53,120 bases of DNA, from positions 1-53,120 of the IMG/VR virus record IMGVR_UViG_3300035633_000512; one strand, written 5' to 3'. Under the pieces are notes generated by a model. The model did no database searches, was not told the origin of the DNA, and saw only the letters and a program-made list of their open reading frames with translations. The translations under genes were made by a program, and so were the position numbers. Shown piece after piece: positions 44,841 to 53,120 of this stretch. The stretch comes from a virus (taxonomy: Duplodnaviria; Caudoviricetes). Numbering within the stretch: the stretch's first letter is position 1; each line of letters opens with the position of its first letter.

Positions 44841-47069
44841 ATGAGTGAGATCGAAGTCTTCAGCCCCTACGGCGACCCCCGCAAGCAGGCCAGCCGCCGG
44901 GCGCCTCTGATGTCACCGCGAGGTCCCGACACGCCGCACGGGCTCACAGGACGTCAGGTGGAGCGTATGGCGAGCCGCATGGAGGAGTTTCTCCCCAAGC
45001 TCGGCTCGAAGTACGGCAGCGTCAACGACGTCCTCGGTGACATCCTCCCGGACGGGGCGACGCTGTCACCAGGCGCTGGGGCCGGCTATAGGGAAGCCCT
45101 GCGCCGGCACGCGAACATTCCCGCCGGGGCGGGCGGGTTTGGAGGCTCGGGCGTCGGTGGGCAGGGCGTCTTCCAGACGACGCAGCGTCCGTACCAGCCC
45201 GAGTTCGAGTCGCCCGACCGTCAGCAGTACCCGGTCCATCGGATCCTGGCGAACCGCTACTGGCGCCTGTTCTACAAGCTCGACCACGTCATCGGCAACG
45301 GCATCGACATGTACGGTGACCTGCCCTGGGGCAACTGCGAGTTCAGCGGCGACGGTGTCGACGGCGAGGTGAAGGACATGATGGAGCTGGCCTGGGACGA
45401 GTGTCAGATGCGCTCCATCTTGCCGGCCGCTACCCGTGAGTTCTTCGTCGTGGGCGAAGCGGCGCCACACCTGTTTTGGGACGACACCAAGGGGATCTGG
45501 ACCTACTGCGCACTCCACAACCCGGACCAGCTGGAGGTGGTCGACGCGCCCTTCATCAAGATGGACCCGGTGGTCGAGTTCATCCCGGACCAACGCCTGC
45601 AACAGGTGCTGACCTCGAACCATCAGATGCTCCGGCACGTGCGCGACTCGATGCCGACTGAGCTTCTGACGCGCCTGATGGCCCGACAGAACATCCCCCT
45701 GTCGCCGGTCAACTTCACGTTCCTTCCGCGCAAGCTCCACCCCTACGACACGCGCGGCACCTCGATCTGCAGTCGCATGTGGCGAATCCTCATGTACGAG
45801 GATGCTATCTACAACGCGTCCATCGCGACCGCCCGCCGGCACGCTGGCCCCATCAAGGTGGCCAAGCTCGGTAACCCACAGAACGACTGGATTCCGGGTC
45901 CTGAGCACGAGCGCAAGCTCCTGGAGCTGCTGGCTCAGGCCGAGCTGGACCCGAACGCCTGGCTTGTCTACCACTACGGCATCAACTTCGAGCTGGTCGG
46001 CACGACCGAGCGCGTGATGACCATCGACAAGCACAACGAGACCATCGAGCGCGTGAAGCTGATCGCTTTGGGCATCAGCAAGGCCTTCCTCCACGGGGAA
46101 GTTACATATGCATCGGCCGCTTCTGGGCTCACTGTGTTCCTGTCGCGCCTGAAGGCGCTGCGCCAGTACTTCGAAGCGAAGTGGCTTCTGCCCAAGTTCT
46201 TCTTCCAGATGGCGAAGATCAACAAGTGGGTGAAGCCGACGCAGGCCGAGCTGTCTTCGCGTGTGCGCATCCGCCGTTCGCATCGCGAGCTGTCCGAGGA
46301 CGCTCGCTACATCGTGCCGAAGCTGGAGTGGGACCGCACGCTCGACGCGTCCGTCGACAGCGAGATGCTCGGCGCGCTGGAGGCACTTCAGAACCTCGGC
46401 GTGCAGGTCAGCAAGTCCACGATCATGTCCCTGGTCGGACGCGATTTTGAAGACGAGACAAAGCAGCGCAAGAAGGACTACGAGTTCGAGAAGGAGAACC
46501 TGCCTCCTGAGATGCTCGTGCAGCCGGACGCCGAGGGTGGAGGCGGCGGTCCGTCCATGCTTCCGGGCATGGACCCGGGCGCCTTCGGAGACGTTGCCCC
46601 CGACCTGGAGGGCGGCGAAGGTCCGCCTCCGGACGCCGCCGGCCCTGCCCCCGAGGGCGCAGGCTACAACGCCGACGACGGCTCTACGGGCGCACCGGCC
46701 CCCGACCCCTTCGAAAAGGGCGACCGGGTCAACATCTGGACCAAGTTCGACATCCGCGACCTGATGGACCTCCTCGACGGCGAGGAGCCCGAGGACGAGC
46801 CCTGGCTGGGTGCCTTCAAGGACCCCGACGTCCGCTACGCCCTGAAGGGCGAAAACCGCCAGGAAATCTTCGAGGCGGTGAAGGAGTACCTGGAGCGCGA
46901 GGAGTTCCCGCCAAGCTCGGTCCGGGCGCTTGTTGACATCCTCAAAGAGATGAACGTCATCAAGCGAGGCAGCGCAGCCCGCGCTCCCAGCGAACGTGCG
47001 CGTGAGGCGCAACTCCTTGATATGATTGATGGTTATGGCGGAAATGACCTCTTGACAGGTAGAGGGTAA
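44841..47069 (+). CDS. Portal protein
   Basis: Lies between terL and the protease; RLFYKLD..IGNGID, EFFVVGE, RGTSI, PIKVAKLG, LGISKAFLHGEVTYASA; acidic C-terminal extension. Confidence 0.8.
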   Translation: MSEIEVFSPYGDPRKQASRRAPLMSPRGPDTPHGLTGRQVERMASRMEEFLPKLGSKYGSVNDVLGDILPDGATLSPGAGAGYREALRRHANIPAGAGGFGGSGVGGQGVFQTTQRPYQPEFESPDRQQYPVHRILANRYWRLFYKLDHVIGNGIDMYGDLPWGNCEFSGDGVDGEVKDMMELAWDECQMRSILPAATREFFVVGEAAPHLFWDDTKGIWTYCALHNPDQLEVVDAPFIKMDPVVEFIPDQRLQQVLTSNHQMLRHVRDSMPTELLTRLMARQNIPLSPVNFTFLPRKLHPYDTRGTSICSRMWRILMYEDAIYNASIATARRHAGPIKVAKLGNPQNDWIPGPEHERKLLELLAQAELDPNAWLVYHYGINFELVGTTERVMTIDKHNETIERVKLIALGISKAFLHGEVTYASAASGLTVFLSRLKALRQYFEAKWLLPKFFFQMAKINKWVKPTQAELSSRVRIRRSHRELSEDARYIVPKLEWDRTLDASVDSEMLGALEALQNLGVQVSKSTIMSLVGRDFEDETKQRKKDYEFEKENLPPEMLVQPDAEGGGGGPSMLPGMDPGAFGDVAPDLEGGEGPPPDAAGPAPEGAGYNADDGSTGAPAPDPFEKGDRVNIWTKFDIRDLMDLLDGEEPEDEPWLGAFKDPDVRYALKGENRQEIFEAVKEYLEREEFPPSSVRALVDILKEMNVIKRGSAARAPSERAREAQLLDMIDGYGGNDLLTGRG

Positions 47070-47100
47070 TCGGCCCCGGAAGTCTTCCAAACCGTACTAT
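47070..47100 (+). promoter_or_regulatory. Putative late promoter TCGGCCCCGGA-N10-ACCGTACTAT, copy 2
   Basis: Matches 27713-27743; ATG 47109 follows after 8 nt. Confidence 0.75.
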
Positions 47101-47108
47101 GGGGGTGC

Positions 47109-47228
47109 ATGGAGCAGTCCGGTTTCAAGAAGCGGGGCACGCAGGAGGGTGAATCCCTCGGCACTGTGCCGTCGCCTGCACCCGCGCCGAAGCCCGACGA
47201 AGACAAGGACAAGGGCAAGGGTAAGTGA
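47109..47228 (+). CDS. 39-aa leader ORF coupled to the protease gene
   Basis: Hand translation MEQSGFKKRGTQEGESLGTVPSPAPAPKPDEDKDKGKGK; GTGA overlap with 47225. Confidence 0.55.
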   Translation: MEQSGFKKRGTQEGESLGTVPSPAPAPKPDEDKDKGKGK

Positions 47229-50080
47229 CGACCGGCTTCCGTAAGACGGCCAAGGTCGAGCACGTTGCCACGCTCGCCTTCGATGCCGACAACGGCGGGC
47301 TCCGCAAGACGGCGCAGCTCGACTCCGCGTCTGACGCCGCCCAGCGCTCCTACTACCTGGACGGCTCGGCCAAGGTCGACGTCCGCGGCATTCTGGAGCG
47401 CCAGGCGCAGAAGTTCGCGATCAGCGCGGACCCCTCAGACTACCTCTTCGAGGTCATTCGCGCCAACACGACCTCCGTCTTCAACGACAACCATGACGGC
47501 TTCGCCCGGGAAGAGCTGCTGCGCTTCGACCCGCGCCTGAAGACCGCGGTCTTTCTCACCTACCGCGAGAAGCCGCACCACGTGAACCACCGCACCGACA
47601 ACCCCAAGCGTGCGCGTGGCGTCATCCTCGACAGTCACTACAACGCCGAGGCCACGCCCCTGGAGAACTGCCCTGGCTGCAACCTTCGCACGGCCGAGCG
47701 CAAGAACCGCGACAAGTCCGGCATTTACTGCCGCCGCTGCGCCACCGTCGTCAACGACGAGTTCGTCGAGATCCTGGTGGCGGTCGACAAGAAGAAGGAC
47801 CCCGCATTCGCCCGCGCCGTCGAGACCGGGCAGCTTCGCTTCGGCTCGATGGGCTGCACCTGCGCCGAGACCGTCTGCAACGTCTGCGGCAACGTCGCCC
47901 GCACCCAGCGCGAGTTCTGCAAGCACATCGCTTCGCACAAGGGCAGCTACTGGGCCAAGAAGGCCGACGAAGACGACTGGTCCAAGATCAACCCCCGCAC
48001 CGCCGAGGCCGAGATGAAGCGCCGCAAGCGCGCCTTCCATCAGCGTGACTTCGTCGCTCTGAAGGCCGAAGACGGCTACGAAGTCCGCAAGGCCGCCGAG
48101 TGGTGCCAGGGCGTCGAGTACGACGAGTACTCGCGCGTCCACATGCCGGCCGACCCGAAGGCCGAGCGCATCGAACTGCTCAACAAGGCAGCTGGCGCAG
48201 GCGACCCGACCCCCGAAGACCTGCGTTCCGAGACCGCCCACCTGGTCGCGGCAGCACGCACAGCAACGCGCGGCCGTCGTCAGAAGGCCGCGGGACAGGA
48301 GAGAGCAGCGATGAAGTTCTACGTTGTGCGCGTCGATGGAGACCCGCTCGACACCTACGCGGCCGAGTCACTCGACATGGCCCTCGAAATGGCCGGACCT
48401 GAAGAGGGCGCCCAAATCGAGGTGGCCGAGGTCGAGGCGGATGACGCCGGCGCCGCTCGTCTGATGCCGAGCGACGAAGACTACCAGCCCCACATGGGTG
48501 CGGACGCCAACCACGAGATGGAAGGCGACGTGACCATCAACATCACCGAGGACCCGGCCACCGGTGAAGAGTCGGTCGAAACGGTCGACGACCCCGCGCC
48601 GGACCCCACGAGCATCGAGGACTTCACGGATGAGGTCCTCAATCCAGAACCAGAAACCCCCGGAAGAGACGAGTTCTCGCCGGAGGAGCTTGGCGTCATG
48701 CCTGCAGGCGCCAGCAAGGAGGCAACAGCAGTGCAGCACACGAGCTACGCCGACTGGTCGGTGCAGGTGACGCCTCAGGGAGTCGCCCAGGTCATCGCTC
48801 CCAGCGGCCCCGCCCTCTTGGTCACCCCCAAGAAGGCACTGAAGGACGACCAGGCCAAGATGGCCTTCGGTCAAGAGATCATGGACCACCTCTGCGACCA
48901 CGGACTGCTCCGTACCGCGGAGAAGTACGAGGCCAACTTCCATGCGAAGTTCGCATCCGTCGTCGACGGCGCGATCGACGACATGAAGGAGTACTCGGAC
49001 AAGGACAGCAAGCCGGACGTCGCCTCCGGAGGCGAGTCGGACATGGCTGGCGAGCACGGTGGCGATCAGCGCGGCATGCACGCAGACGACGTTCGCGACG
49101 AGAACCACACCGACATGGAGCCTGGTTCCCGCGAGCCCAAGGTCGAGATGACCGACCAGAACCGCGCCAGCGACCACGAGCTGGGCAACACCGACGACCG
49201 ACCCGACTCCTCGTCGGAGAACGAAGGCTCGGACATGCGCGAGAAGCGCCCCGAGTTCTCGGTCTCGCAGGACGACGCTCTGCAGAACGCGGTCTTCGAC
49301 CACGCTGAGCGCGTTGCGATGGTCGGCAAGTGGGTCGAAGGGCCCGAAGGCAAGACCGCCAAGGTCGCTTCCTACGCCAAGGAGGCGCAGACCTTCACCC
49401 TCGTCGACAACAAGCTGTCGCCGAGCGAGGTGCAGGCCGGTGACCTCATCAAGCAATGGAAGCAGCTCGACCAGGCGCCCTCCTCGTACGAGGACAACCT
49501 GAAGCGCTGGGCCAAGACGGAGATCGAGAAGGCGCGCAAGGCGGCCGTCTCGGATGTCTTCCGCGTCATCCGCATCGCAGCGCAGCGTTCACACAAAGGC
49601 CTGGAGCGCTCGCCTCTGAAGGAGGCGGTCGCGACCCAGCTGGCGAACCAGAAGGTCGTCGGACACGACGGCGTGTCTCGGGCTCCCCTGGAGTACCAGG
49701 GCATGAGCGACGAGCTGGCCATCCACCTGGTGGAAGCGGCATTCGCCGACGCCGGCGAGCGCGACATCGACACTCTGCTTTCGCGAGCTGCCAAGCTCAT
49801 GAAGCACGACACCAACTTCCTGAAGTCGGCAGAGACCGACCTCAGCAAGACCGCCCACCGCGTGCCGGTGGTCACCGCGGCATCCATGGTCGACGACCTG
49901 GACCGCGAGGCAGAGGTGCTGCGCCGCAGCGCCTCCGCAGGAAATCTCGAACTTGCACCGCAGCCGTCCGAAGACGAGCGCTCCACGCGAGTCGCCGCTC
50001 AGACGAACGGCAACGCGGGCAAGATTCGTTCCGCATTGGGAGGAACGCGGGCAGCAGCCCGCATCCAGCTCCGACAGTAA
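47225..50080 (+). CDS. Prohead maturation protease with Zn ribbons, fused to a long scaffold-like region
   Basis: NDNHDGF...KPHHVNH...RGVILD...VEILVAVD...GSMGC...CNVCG...CKH (His/Ser arrangement like HK97-type proteases); lies upstream of the capsid genes. Confidence 0.75.
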   Translation: MTTGFRKTAKVEHVATLAFDADNGGLRKTAQLDSASDAAQRSYYLDGSAKVDVRGILERQAQKFAISADPSDYLFEVIRANTTSVFNDNHDGFAREELLRFDPRLKTAVFLTYREKPHHVNHRTDNPKRARGVILDSHYNAEATPLENCPGCNLRTAERKNRDKSGIYCRRCATVVNDEFVEILVAVDKKKDPAFARAVETGQLRFGSMGCTCAETVCNVCGNVARTQREFCKHIASHKGSYWAKKADEDDWSKINPRTAEAEMKRRKRAFHQRDFVALKAEDGYEVRKAAEWCQGVEYDEYSRVHMPADPKAERIELLNKAAGAGDPTPEDLRSETAHLVAAARTATRGRRQKAAGQERAAMKFYVVRVDGDPLDTYAAESLDMALEMAGPEEGAQIEVAEVEADDAGAARLMPSDEDYQPHMGADANHEMEGDVTINITEDPATGEESVETVDDPAPDPTSIEDFTDEVLNPEPETPGRDEFSPEELGVMPAGASKEATAVQHTSYADWSVQVTPQGVAQVIAPSGPALLVTPKKALKDDQAKMAFGQEIMDHLCDHGLLRTAEKYEANFHAKFASVVDGAIDDMKEYSDKDSKPDVASGGESDMAGEHGGDQRGMHADDVRDENHTDMEPGSREPKVEMTDQNRASDHELGNTDDRPDSSSENEGSDMREKRPEFSVSQDDALQNAVFDHAERVAMVGKWVEGPEGKTAKVASYAKEAQTFTLVDNKLSPSEVQAGDLIKQWKQLDQAPSSYEDNLKRWAKTEIEKARKAAVSDVFRVIRIAAQRSHKGLERSPLKEAVATQLANQKVVGHDGVSRAPLEYQGMSDELAIHLVEAAFADAGERDIDTLLSRAAKLMKHDTNFLKSAETDLSKTAHRVPVVTAASMVDDLDREAEVLRRSASAGNLELAPQPSEDERSTRVAAQTNGNAGKIRSALGGTRAAARIQLRQ

Positions 50081-50105
50081 GTCGGACGGCTAAAGGAGCA
50101 AGCAC

Positions 50106-50867
50106 ATGGGATCGATTGGTAACACTGGTCGCATCGCAGCCTTCCAGTCCGATGTTTTTGCGTCGGGACTGGACCTCGGTCGCTCGGAGATCATCCGCGA
50201 CCTGGGCGTCTACCGAGCTGCAGATGCAGCGACCATTCTTCAGGGCCAGATGGTGTCTTTGGACGCCAATGGCGAACTCGCTCTCGCGAACCTCGTCGAC
50301 ATCGTCGGCGTCGCGAAGTGGAACAAGGCAGCGGCCGGCACCTCGGTGCAGGTCGACGAGGCTGTCACCGTCGTCTACGGCGGCGTGACTCAGCTGTCCC
50401 GCGGCAACGTCTCGAACCTCGCGGTTCGTGCAGCAGCGGGTGGTGGCACGCTCATTCCGGAGACGGACAACTACACCCTGTCGGCGGCGAACGGCACCCT
50501 CACTTGGGACAACCCGCCCACTGGCACGGCTGCCCCGGCGAACGGCGCCACCGTCTTCGTCACCTACACGTTCGACCTCACGGCAACGGACTACCGTTTC
50601 CAGGGTCTGAACTTCTTCAACCGCCTGGATGACGTGGGTGGTCTCTCGGAGGGTCGTCTGACGATCGTCCAGGGTCCCGCCACCCTCTTCACCACGCAGT
50701 TCGTCACCTCTGAGGTCTACGCGGTCGGTGCCCCGCTGTTCTGCACCGCGGCAGGCCTCTTCACCGTCACCAACTCCAGCTCGGAACTGGTCGGACATGT
50801 GGTTCAGCCGCCCACGGCGGACGACCCCTTCCTCGGCCTGAACTTCCAGGCAGGACGCGCGGCGTAA
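50106..50867 (+). CDS. Capsid decoration/cement protein with an inserted beta domain
   Basis: Directly before the MCP; ILQGQMVSLDANG...YAVGAPLFCTAAGLFT...VGHVVQPP; insert NYTLSAANGTL...GATVFVTYTF. Confidence 0.7.
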   Translation: MGSIGNTGRIAAFQSDVFASGLDLGRSEIIRDLGVYRAADAATILQGQMVSLDANGELALANLVDIVGVAKWNKAAAGTSVQVDEAVTVVYGGVTQLSRGNVSNLAVRAAAGGGTLIPETDNYTLSAANGTLTWDNPPTGTAAPANGATVFVTYTFDLTATDYRFQGLNFFNRLDDVGGLSEGRLTIVQGPATLFTTQFVTSEVYAVGAPLFCTAAGLFTVTNSSSELVGHVVQPPTADDPFLGLNFQAGRAA

Positions 50868-50881
50868 GGAGCAACTGAACC

Positions 50882-52075
50882 ATGCCAAAGCGTAACCCCT
50901 ACGAGCAGGTCATGGGCGGAGGCAACAAGCCGTCGTCCGCCCAGGGCATCCAGACCCCGACGAACACGCGACTCGCGTCGCGTGCTCAGGAGGGCATCCA
51001 CGACGAGAGCGGCGCCTACAACCCCCGAGCATTCGGTGGTTGGGACTCGCTCGGACAGGCCGTCCCCTCGGCCCACAACCGTCTCTTCAACAAGGCGGGC
51101 GAGCTGAACGCTTCTTCGAAGGAAGACGCGCTTGTGCAGATCGCTCACTTGCTGCAGAACGTCTCGGGCTCGCCCGTCAGCAAGCAGGCTTTCAGCAAGC
51201 AGGCTGGCCAGAGCGACATGGACCCCAACGAGCGCCGTGAGGTGCTGGCTGCGGCCATGAAGGACCCCGAGGGCTTCACCATCCTGGGTCAGGAGCTTCT
51301 GCTTCCGATCAAGGACCTGGTCGACTACGAGGGCTGGGCCCGCAAGGTCTACCGCGTGCGTCCGCTCGCCCAGGGTGAGCTGTTCCGTATCGCGAAGGAC
51401 GTTCGTTCCACTGCCTGGATCGTCGGTCAGGACGGTCAGGCTCTGGAGAGCCGTCTGTTCGGCAAGTACGTCCAGCCCTCCGAGTTCAAGATCAGCGCGT
51501 ACCCCACGGTCGACATCGAGGACATCTACCAGATGAACTACGACGTCCTGGACCGTGCTCAGGACACCGCGCGCCAGGAGATCGAACTCGAAGAGGACAA
51601 GCGAGCCCAGGCTCTGCTCGACGTCGCGGCCCGCACGGTGAACACCGTGACGACCTTCGCGACGCTCGGCGTCGGTGCCTTCGAGGACGTCCGCTTCCAG
51701 GTGGAGCGGAATCGTCTCGTCGTCTCCAAGTTCCTGATCAACCGTCAGGAGCTGTCGGACATCATCAAGACGATGTCGACCCAGGTCGACCCCGTCACCG
51801 AGCGAGAGCTGATTCTCGCTGGCTACATCGGCTCGTTCCTCAACGCGCAGATCGTCACTGCGGCCGGAACCGGCGTGCAGGAAGTCGTGCCCGCAGGCAC
51901 CTTCTACGCCGTCACCGACCCCGAGTACATGGGCGAGATGGGCGTTCGAGTCGAGCTGTTCTCGGAGCCCTTCAACATGTTCGCGCTGCGTCGCAGCGTG
52001 AAGGGTTGGGCCTTCACCGAGATCATCGGCTTCGCGGTGGTGAACCCCCGCGCAGTCGCCGTCGGCCAGAAGTAA
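50882..52075 (+). CDS. Major capsid protein (HK97 fold inferred)
   Basis: 397 aa, AAGGAG RBS, strongly biased codons, followed by a terminator; DYEGWARK...P.EF.I...EEDKR...GWAFTEIIGFAVVNPRAVA. Confidence 0.85.
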   Translation: MPKRNPYEQVMGGGNKPSSAQGIQTPTNTRLASRAQEGIHDESGAYNPRAFGGWDSLGQAVPSAHNRLFNKAGELNASSKEDALVQIAHLLQNVSGSPVSKQAFSKQAGQSDMDPNERREVLAAAMKDPEGFTILGQELLLPIKDLVDYEGWARKVYRVRPLAQGELFRIAKDVRSTAWIVGQDGQALESRLFGKYVQPSEFKISAYPTVDIEDIYQMNYDVLDRAQDTARQEIELEEDKRAQALLDVAARTVNTVTTFATLGVGAFEDVRFQVERNRLVVSKFLINRQELSDIIKTMSTQVDPVTERELILAGYIGSFLNAQIVTAAGTGVQEVVPAGTFYAVTDPEYMGEMGVRVELFSEPFNMFALRRSVKGWAFTEIIGFAVVNPRAVAVGQK

Positions 52076-52080
52076 GCCAC

Positions 52081-52122
52081 GACGGGCGGGCTCCCACGGT
52101 GTGGGGAGCCCGCCCGTCTTTT
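52081..52122 (+). terminator. Rho-independent terminator after the MCP gene
   Basis: GACGGGCGGGCTCCC / GGGAGCCCGCCCGTC 15-bp stem followed by TTTT. Confidence 0.9.
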
Positions 52123-52175
52123 CTCAACCACACACCGGCGCACCGGGCGCTCACCCGAGACTGAAAGCCCAGCGA

Positions 52176-53084
52176 ATGGGTCAGGGCTCAGACGTTCTCG
52201 TTCTCGACGCAAACGGACATTTTACGGAATACGTAAAACCGGCCGTTGCGCGTCGAGCGATGAAGGAGGGAGTGGTCAACGTCGACTCGGTCAACCCGTT
52301 GATCCTCCGAATGCCAGAAGGCATGCGTCGAGTGCCCCGACTCTTCAAAGGACGAGGAGTTAACAAAATGCAGTCACTCGACAAGTTCGGCGACCTCTTC
52401 AAGGAAGAGCAGCCCCTGTGGGTCAAGACGCTGGTCCCCGGCCAGGTCTCCCTCGAAATCCCGATCGCACCGGGCATGACCGTGCCCATCCGTGTCCCCG
52501 CCAACGGTGACCCTGTCTGCCTCACAGACGTGGCCGACTTCCAGTCTCTGAAGCGGTGCGCGGACCTCCGCAAGCTCGCGTCGCCCCGCAAGGTAGGCGA
52601 GCGCGGACTGAAGCCGCCGGCCATCGCCATCCTCACCGAGGAAGAGATGCGCAAGCACCTCGAAAAGAAGGCCGTCCGCCGCGGCTGGATGACCGAGGAC
52701 GGCAAGCCCGACGTCGAGCGCGCCATGCAGCCCACATACACCGAAGAGGCGTACACGCAGCCGGCCGCGCAGATCAACCTGCCCGACTCGAAGACCAAGG
52801 AACTCATCGACGAGCACGGTGGGGACGCGAACCTCGGCAAGGACGGTCAGGTCCTCATCGCCGACATCGTGCACCCGCGCGTCCTGTCCATCTGCAACGA
52901 GGTCTCAGACAAGGACCTCGCCGAGAACCAGCGCCTGCCGGCCGACGCCGTCTTGGACGAACTGGAGTCGCTGGGCACGCTCAACGAAGAGACGCTCAAC
53001 CACGTTCTCAGCTTCGGCTATTACAAGTCGGTCAAGAACTGGGCTATGGAGCAGCTCAAAGAGCGCGCGCCGGGTGAGGAGTGA
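52176..53084 (+). CDS. Hypothetical protein with an N-terminal PLMP/RRXRR-like segment; possible second start at 52368
   Basis: VLVLDANG...PAVARRAMKEG...PLILRM; AGGAG at 52355 precedes in-frame ATG 52368. Confidence 0.7.
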   Translation: MGQGSDVLVLDANGHFTEYVKPAVARRAMKEGVVNVDSVNPLILRMPEGMRRVPRLFKGRGVNKMQSLDKFGDLFKEEQPLWVKTLVPGQVSLEIPIAPGMTVPIRVPANGDPVCLTDVADFQSLKRCADLRKLASPRKVGERGLKPPAIAILTEEEMRKHLEKKAVRRGWMTEDGKPDVERAMQPTYTEEAYTQPAAQINLPDSKTKELIDEHGGDANLGKDGQVLIADIVHPRVLSICNEVSDKDLAENQRLPADAVLDELESLGTLNEETLNHVLSFGYYKSVKNWAMEQLKERAPGEE

Positions 53085-53120
53085 GCCCAATGAGCATCAG
53101 TCAGCCGCGTGAGCGGATCC

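Noticed and set aside
52176-53084. Full IscB/IsrB nuclease or IS200/605 element
   Set aside because: Only the PLMP-like N-terminus matches; no RuvC or HNH motifs or transposon ends are seen.
1-53120. Stop-codon reassignment (alternative genetic code)
   Set aside because: Conserved genes are full length under the standard code, and TAA, TAG and TGA all end genes.

Overview
This window is a 53 kb slice of a large, GC-rich tailed dsDNA phage genome. Bases 1-27.6 kb hold replication, recombination and nucleotide-metabolism genes. These include a RecD2 helicase split into two genes around a HIRAN gene, a primase/helicase-like gene next to an iteron-like repeat cluster, and an SNF2 helicase with an HNH intein. 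Also present are a PD-(D/E)XK nuclease/Sak4-like ATPase/SSB module, a UDG-PolA fusion, ThyX with a LAGLIDADG intein, an AAA ATPase, UvrD, a Rad50/SbcC-like ATPase and a class II RNR. Bases 27.7-53.1 kb hold the head module: large acidic proteins, a putative TerS, TerL, a ~1680 aa multi-enzyme protein, portal, protease-scaffold, decoration protein and major capsid protein. The most striking signal is a recurrent [K/R]-x-[A/G]-[Q/S/A] motif at domain junctions across the head-module proteins. It divides the 1680 aa protein into zincin, ADP-ribosyltransferase-like, GNAT, HAD and 2H modules, and one module is flanked by an exact 14-bp direct repeat encoding the motif. This suggests a protease-processed, capsid-packaged effector polyprotein that gains domains as cassettes (inference). 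Other signals are three promoter classes (including sigma54-type sites 14 nt before start codons), a non-canonical tRNA-like element just before polA, and a PLMP-like domain without its IscB nuclease. All assignments come from reading motifs by eye; no searches were run.
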